In this document: in pieces, positions 34,011-35,727 of the stretch
Position numbering within the stretch: position 1 is the first letter of the stretch
How the letters are laid out: every line of letters starts with the position of its first letter
IMG/VR virus record: IMGVR_UViG_3300016467_000203
Coordinates: 1-35,727 of that record
Length of the DNA: 35,727 nt
Reading direction: 5' to 3' (one strand)
Origin: a virus
Lineage: Duplodnaviria > Caudoviricetes
Notes under the pieces: model-generated
Told to the model about the DNA's origin: nothing
What the model saw: only the letters and a program-made list of their open reading frames with translations
Database searches by the model: none
Translations under genes and position numbers: made by a program

Positions 34011-35075
34011 ATGGCTGACCCTTACGAACAAGAACTTGCCAATCTAAGCGGCAGGCAGCTTCTTGCCCGCGCGATGCAGATGTACGGTCAGCAGCCTGAC
34101 GTTACGTCGCTGAACGAGTATGCCGCCCAGCGCCAGCGCCAGGGGCAGATGGACATGGTAAACGCCTTAGCCGCGCAGTATGCAGGCAAGGGCTTTCAGC
34201 CTGTTCAGGAAACATACCTGAAGCGTTCCCTTGCCGCGCAAACGCCGCAGGAGATAGGCGATTACGGCATTGTTTCTGGCGGCAAGTTCACTGTTAGTCC
34301 GTTCGCTGGGCGTAAGGAGCAAGCGTCGGCGTTGCTGAACATGGGCGGCAAAGTGCTTGATAACGAGGAAGCAGACGCGCGTGAAAGGCGGCTGGCTGCC
34401 CAGTACAGCGCCATGCTTGCAAGGCAAAACAAGCCTGATCCGTTTGGAACGGGCGCTGCCACTCAGATTGGCACCGATGACAAGGGAACGCCTTTGTTCA
34501 GGGACACCAGCACCGGCCAACTTTTCAACTATGTTGGAGGAAAGCCGACACTGTATGGCGGTCCCATTAATCCAAAGACAAGCAACGCGCAGCCATCTGA
34601 GGATGAACGTAAAGCCGCTGGCTGGTTTGCTCAGTCGGACTTGGCAATTCGGAATATGGATGAAGCATTGAAGCTGGACCCAAATGCTTCAAAACAACCA
34701 TTGTCTGAAGTATTTACGCAAGCCATACCGATGTTCGGTGAAGCCATAACTCAGTCTCAAAGAACTGGCCCCAGGCAAATGTTCACTCAAGCCTCCGAGT
34801 CTATGGCAGAGGCGCTTTTAAGGGCCGCAACTGGTGCTGGTATAAATGAAAGCGAAGCACGTCAAAAGGTAAAAGAGCTTGTCCCGGTGTACGGCAACAA
34901 GGATGTAACCATTGCCCAAAAGAAGCGCGGTTATAAAACGTACATGGCGGGTTTACGCGCTAGGGCGGGGCGCGCAATGCCTGCGCTTGAGGCTGCTTTG
35001 AAAGATGCGTACGCAGGCATGTCTGAAGGAGGCGACGACGGAGTAGTTGACCTTCCGTCGCCTGGAAGCCGGTAA
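34011..35075 (+). CDS. Putative ejection protein
   Basis: 354 aa; LRAATGAGINESE motif; synteny. Confidence 0.75.
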   Translation: MADPYEQELANLSGRQLLARAMQMYGQQPDVTSLNEYAAQRQRQGQMDMVNALAAQYAGKGFQPVQETYLKRSLAAQTPQEIGDYGIVSGGKFTVSPFAGRKEQASALLNMGGKVLDNEEADARERRLAAQYSAMLARQNKPDPFGTGAATQIGTDDKGTPLFRDTSTGQLFNYVGGKPTLYGGPINPKTSNAQPSEDERKAAGWFAQSDLAIRNMDEALKLDPNASKQPLSEVFTQAIPMFGEAITQSQRTGPRQMFTQASESMAEALLRAATGAGINESEARQKVKELVPVYGNKDVTIAQKKRGYKTYMAGLRARAGRAMPALEAALKDAYAGMSEGGDDGVVDLPSPGSR

Positions 35076-35086
35076 GGAACAAAGCA

Positions 35087-35727
35087 ATGGGAAAGTTTCG
35101 CATCGACGGCAAAATATACGAAGCGGCTACGCCGGATGAGGCATACAAGCTACACGACAATGAAACAAAGCAGTCTCTGTTTTCTGGCGGGTTGCAACAG
35201 TTAAATCAAGGGTTGTCGCTTGGTGGTGCTGACGAACTTTCTGCTGCCCTAAGTGGCGACTACGACAAATCTATGGAAATGCAGCGTATGCAGCGCGAGC
35301 GTTTTCAGCGCGAACACCCGTGGGTTGCTGCCGGTGCAACGGCGGTGGGGGCAACATTACCCGTTGCCGCATCCCTGCTTTTGGCTCCTGAGACTGGCGG
35401 TGGTTCCACCGCGCTTGCCGGTGGCCGCGCCCTTCAGCTAACCCGTGCTGCCCTTGGCGGCGGTGGCGGCGGGGGCCGCAGCGTTCGCACCGGCATGGAA
35501 GCCGTGAAAGAAGGCGCTCGCGTTGGCGTTCCGGTGGGTTACGTTTCTGGCGCTCTTTCTGCGCCGCAGGATCAGCGCGGGATGGGGGCGCTTGGAGGCG
35601 CTACCTTGGGCGGTATTTTTGGCGGTGCCACAGGATATGGCGCAGTTAAACTGCCAAACGCTATCGAAGCTGTGCGGGGTGCAACTAGCCGTTTTCGTGG
35701 TCCGTCTGCGCCGCCAGCCGCGCCGCA
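35087..35727 (+). CDS. N-terminal part of 664-aa virion protein continuing to 1375 (not in ORF track)
   Basis: AAGGA site then ATG 35087: MGKFRIDGKIYEAATPDEAY...QGLSLGGADELSAAL...REHPW; open to the end and in frame with 56..1375. Confidence 0.85.
   Translation, partial: MGKFRIDGKIYEAATPDEAYKLHDNETKQSLFSGGLQQLNQGLSLGGADELSAALSGDYDKSMEMQRMQRERFQREHPWVAAGATAVGATLPVAASLLLAPETGGGSTALAGGRALQLTRAALGGGGGGGRSVRTGMEAVKEGARVGVPVGYVSGALSAPQDQRGMGALGGATLGGIFGGATGYGAVKLPNAIEAVRGATSRFRGPSAPPAAP

Noticed and set aside
35707-35727. Biological direct terminal repeat
   Set aside because: It is 21 nt long and lies in mid-gene; best explained as assembler k-mer overlap of a circular contig.

Overview
The window is an apparently complete, circularly closed genome of a tailed dsDNA phage. 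The first and last 21 nt are identical (unit length 35,706 bp), and a 664-aa gene runs in frame across the junction. Gene order is podovirus-like and P22-type by synteny: terS, ParB-methyltransferase, terL, portal, scaffold, major capsid, adaptor, nozzle, GNAT-like protein, four ejection-type proteins and a tail fibre. These are followed by holins and a lysozyme, a phosphoesterase/SprT pair, an attP derived from the 3' half of tRNA-fMet, tyrosine integrase and Xis, a Sak4/DUF669/Cas4-like recombination module, a Cro-like regulator, a RepB-type primase-helicase, a leftward accessory cassette with a GcrA homologue, and an iteron-type origin. I saw no DNA or RNA polymerase. Main observations: (1) the CI repressor appears collapsed into a 174-nt pseudogene although int, xis and attP remain; (2) a 17-bp operator-like motif recurs at seven promoter or intergenic sites; (3) a ~290-nt G.U-rich structured RNA lies upstream of the major capsid gene; (4) attP is interrupted by a moron flanked by an 8-bp duplication and differs from tRNA-fMet at the central anticodon base; (5) a probable ATA start adds an HTH to the phosphoesterase; (6) host signals conflict. 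Family assignments come from motif recognition and synteny only; no database search was run.
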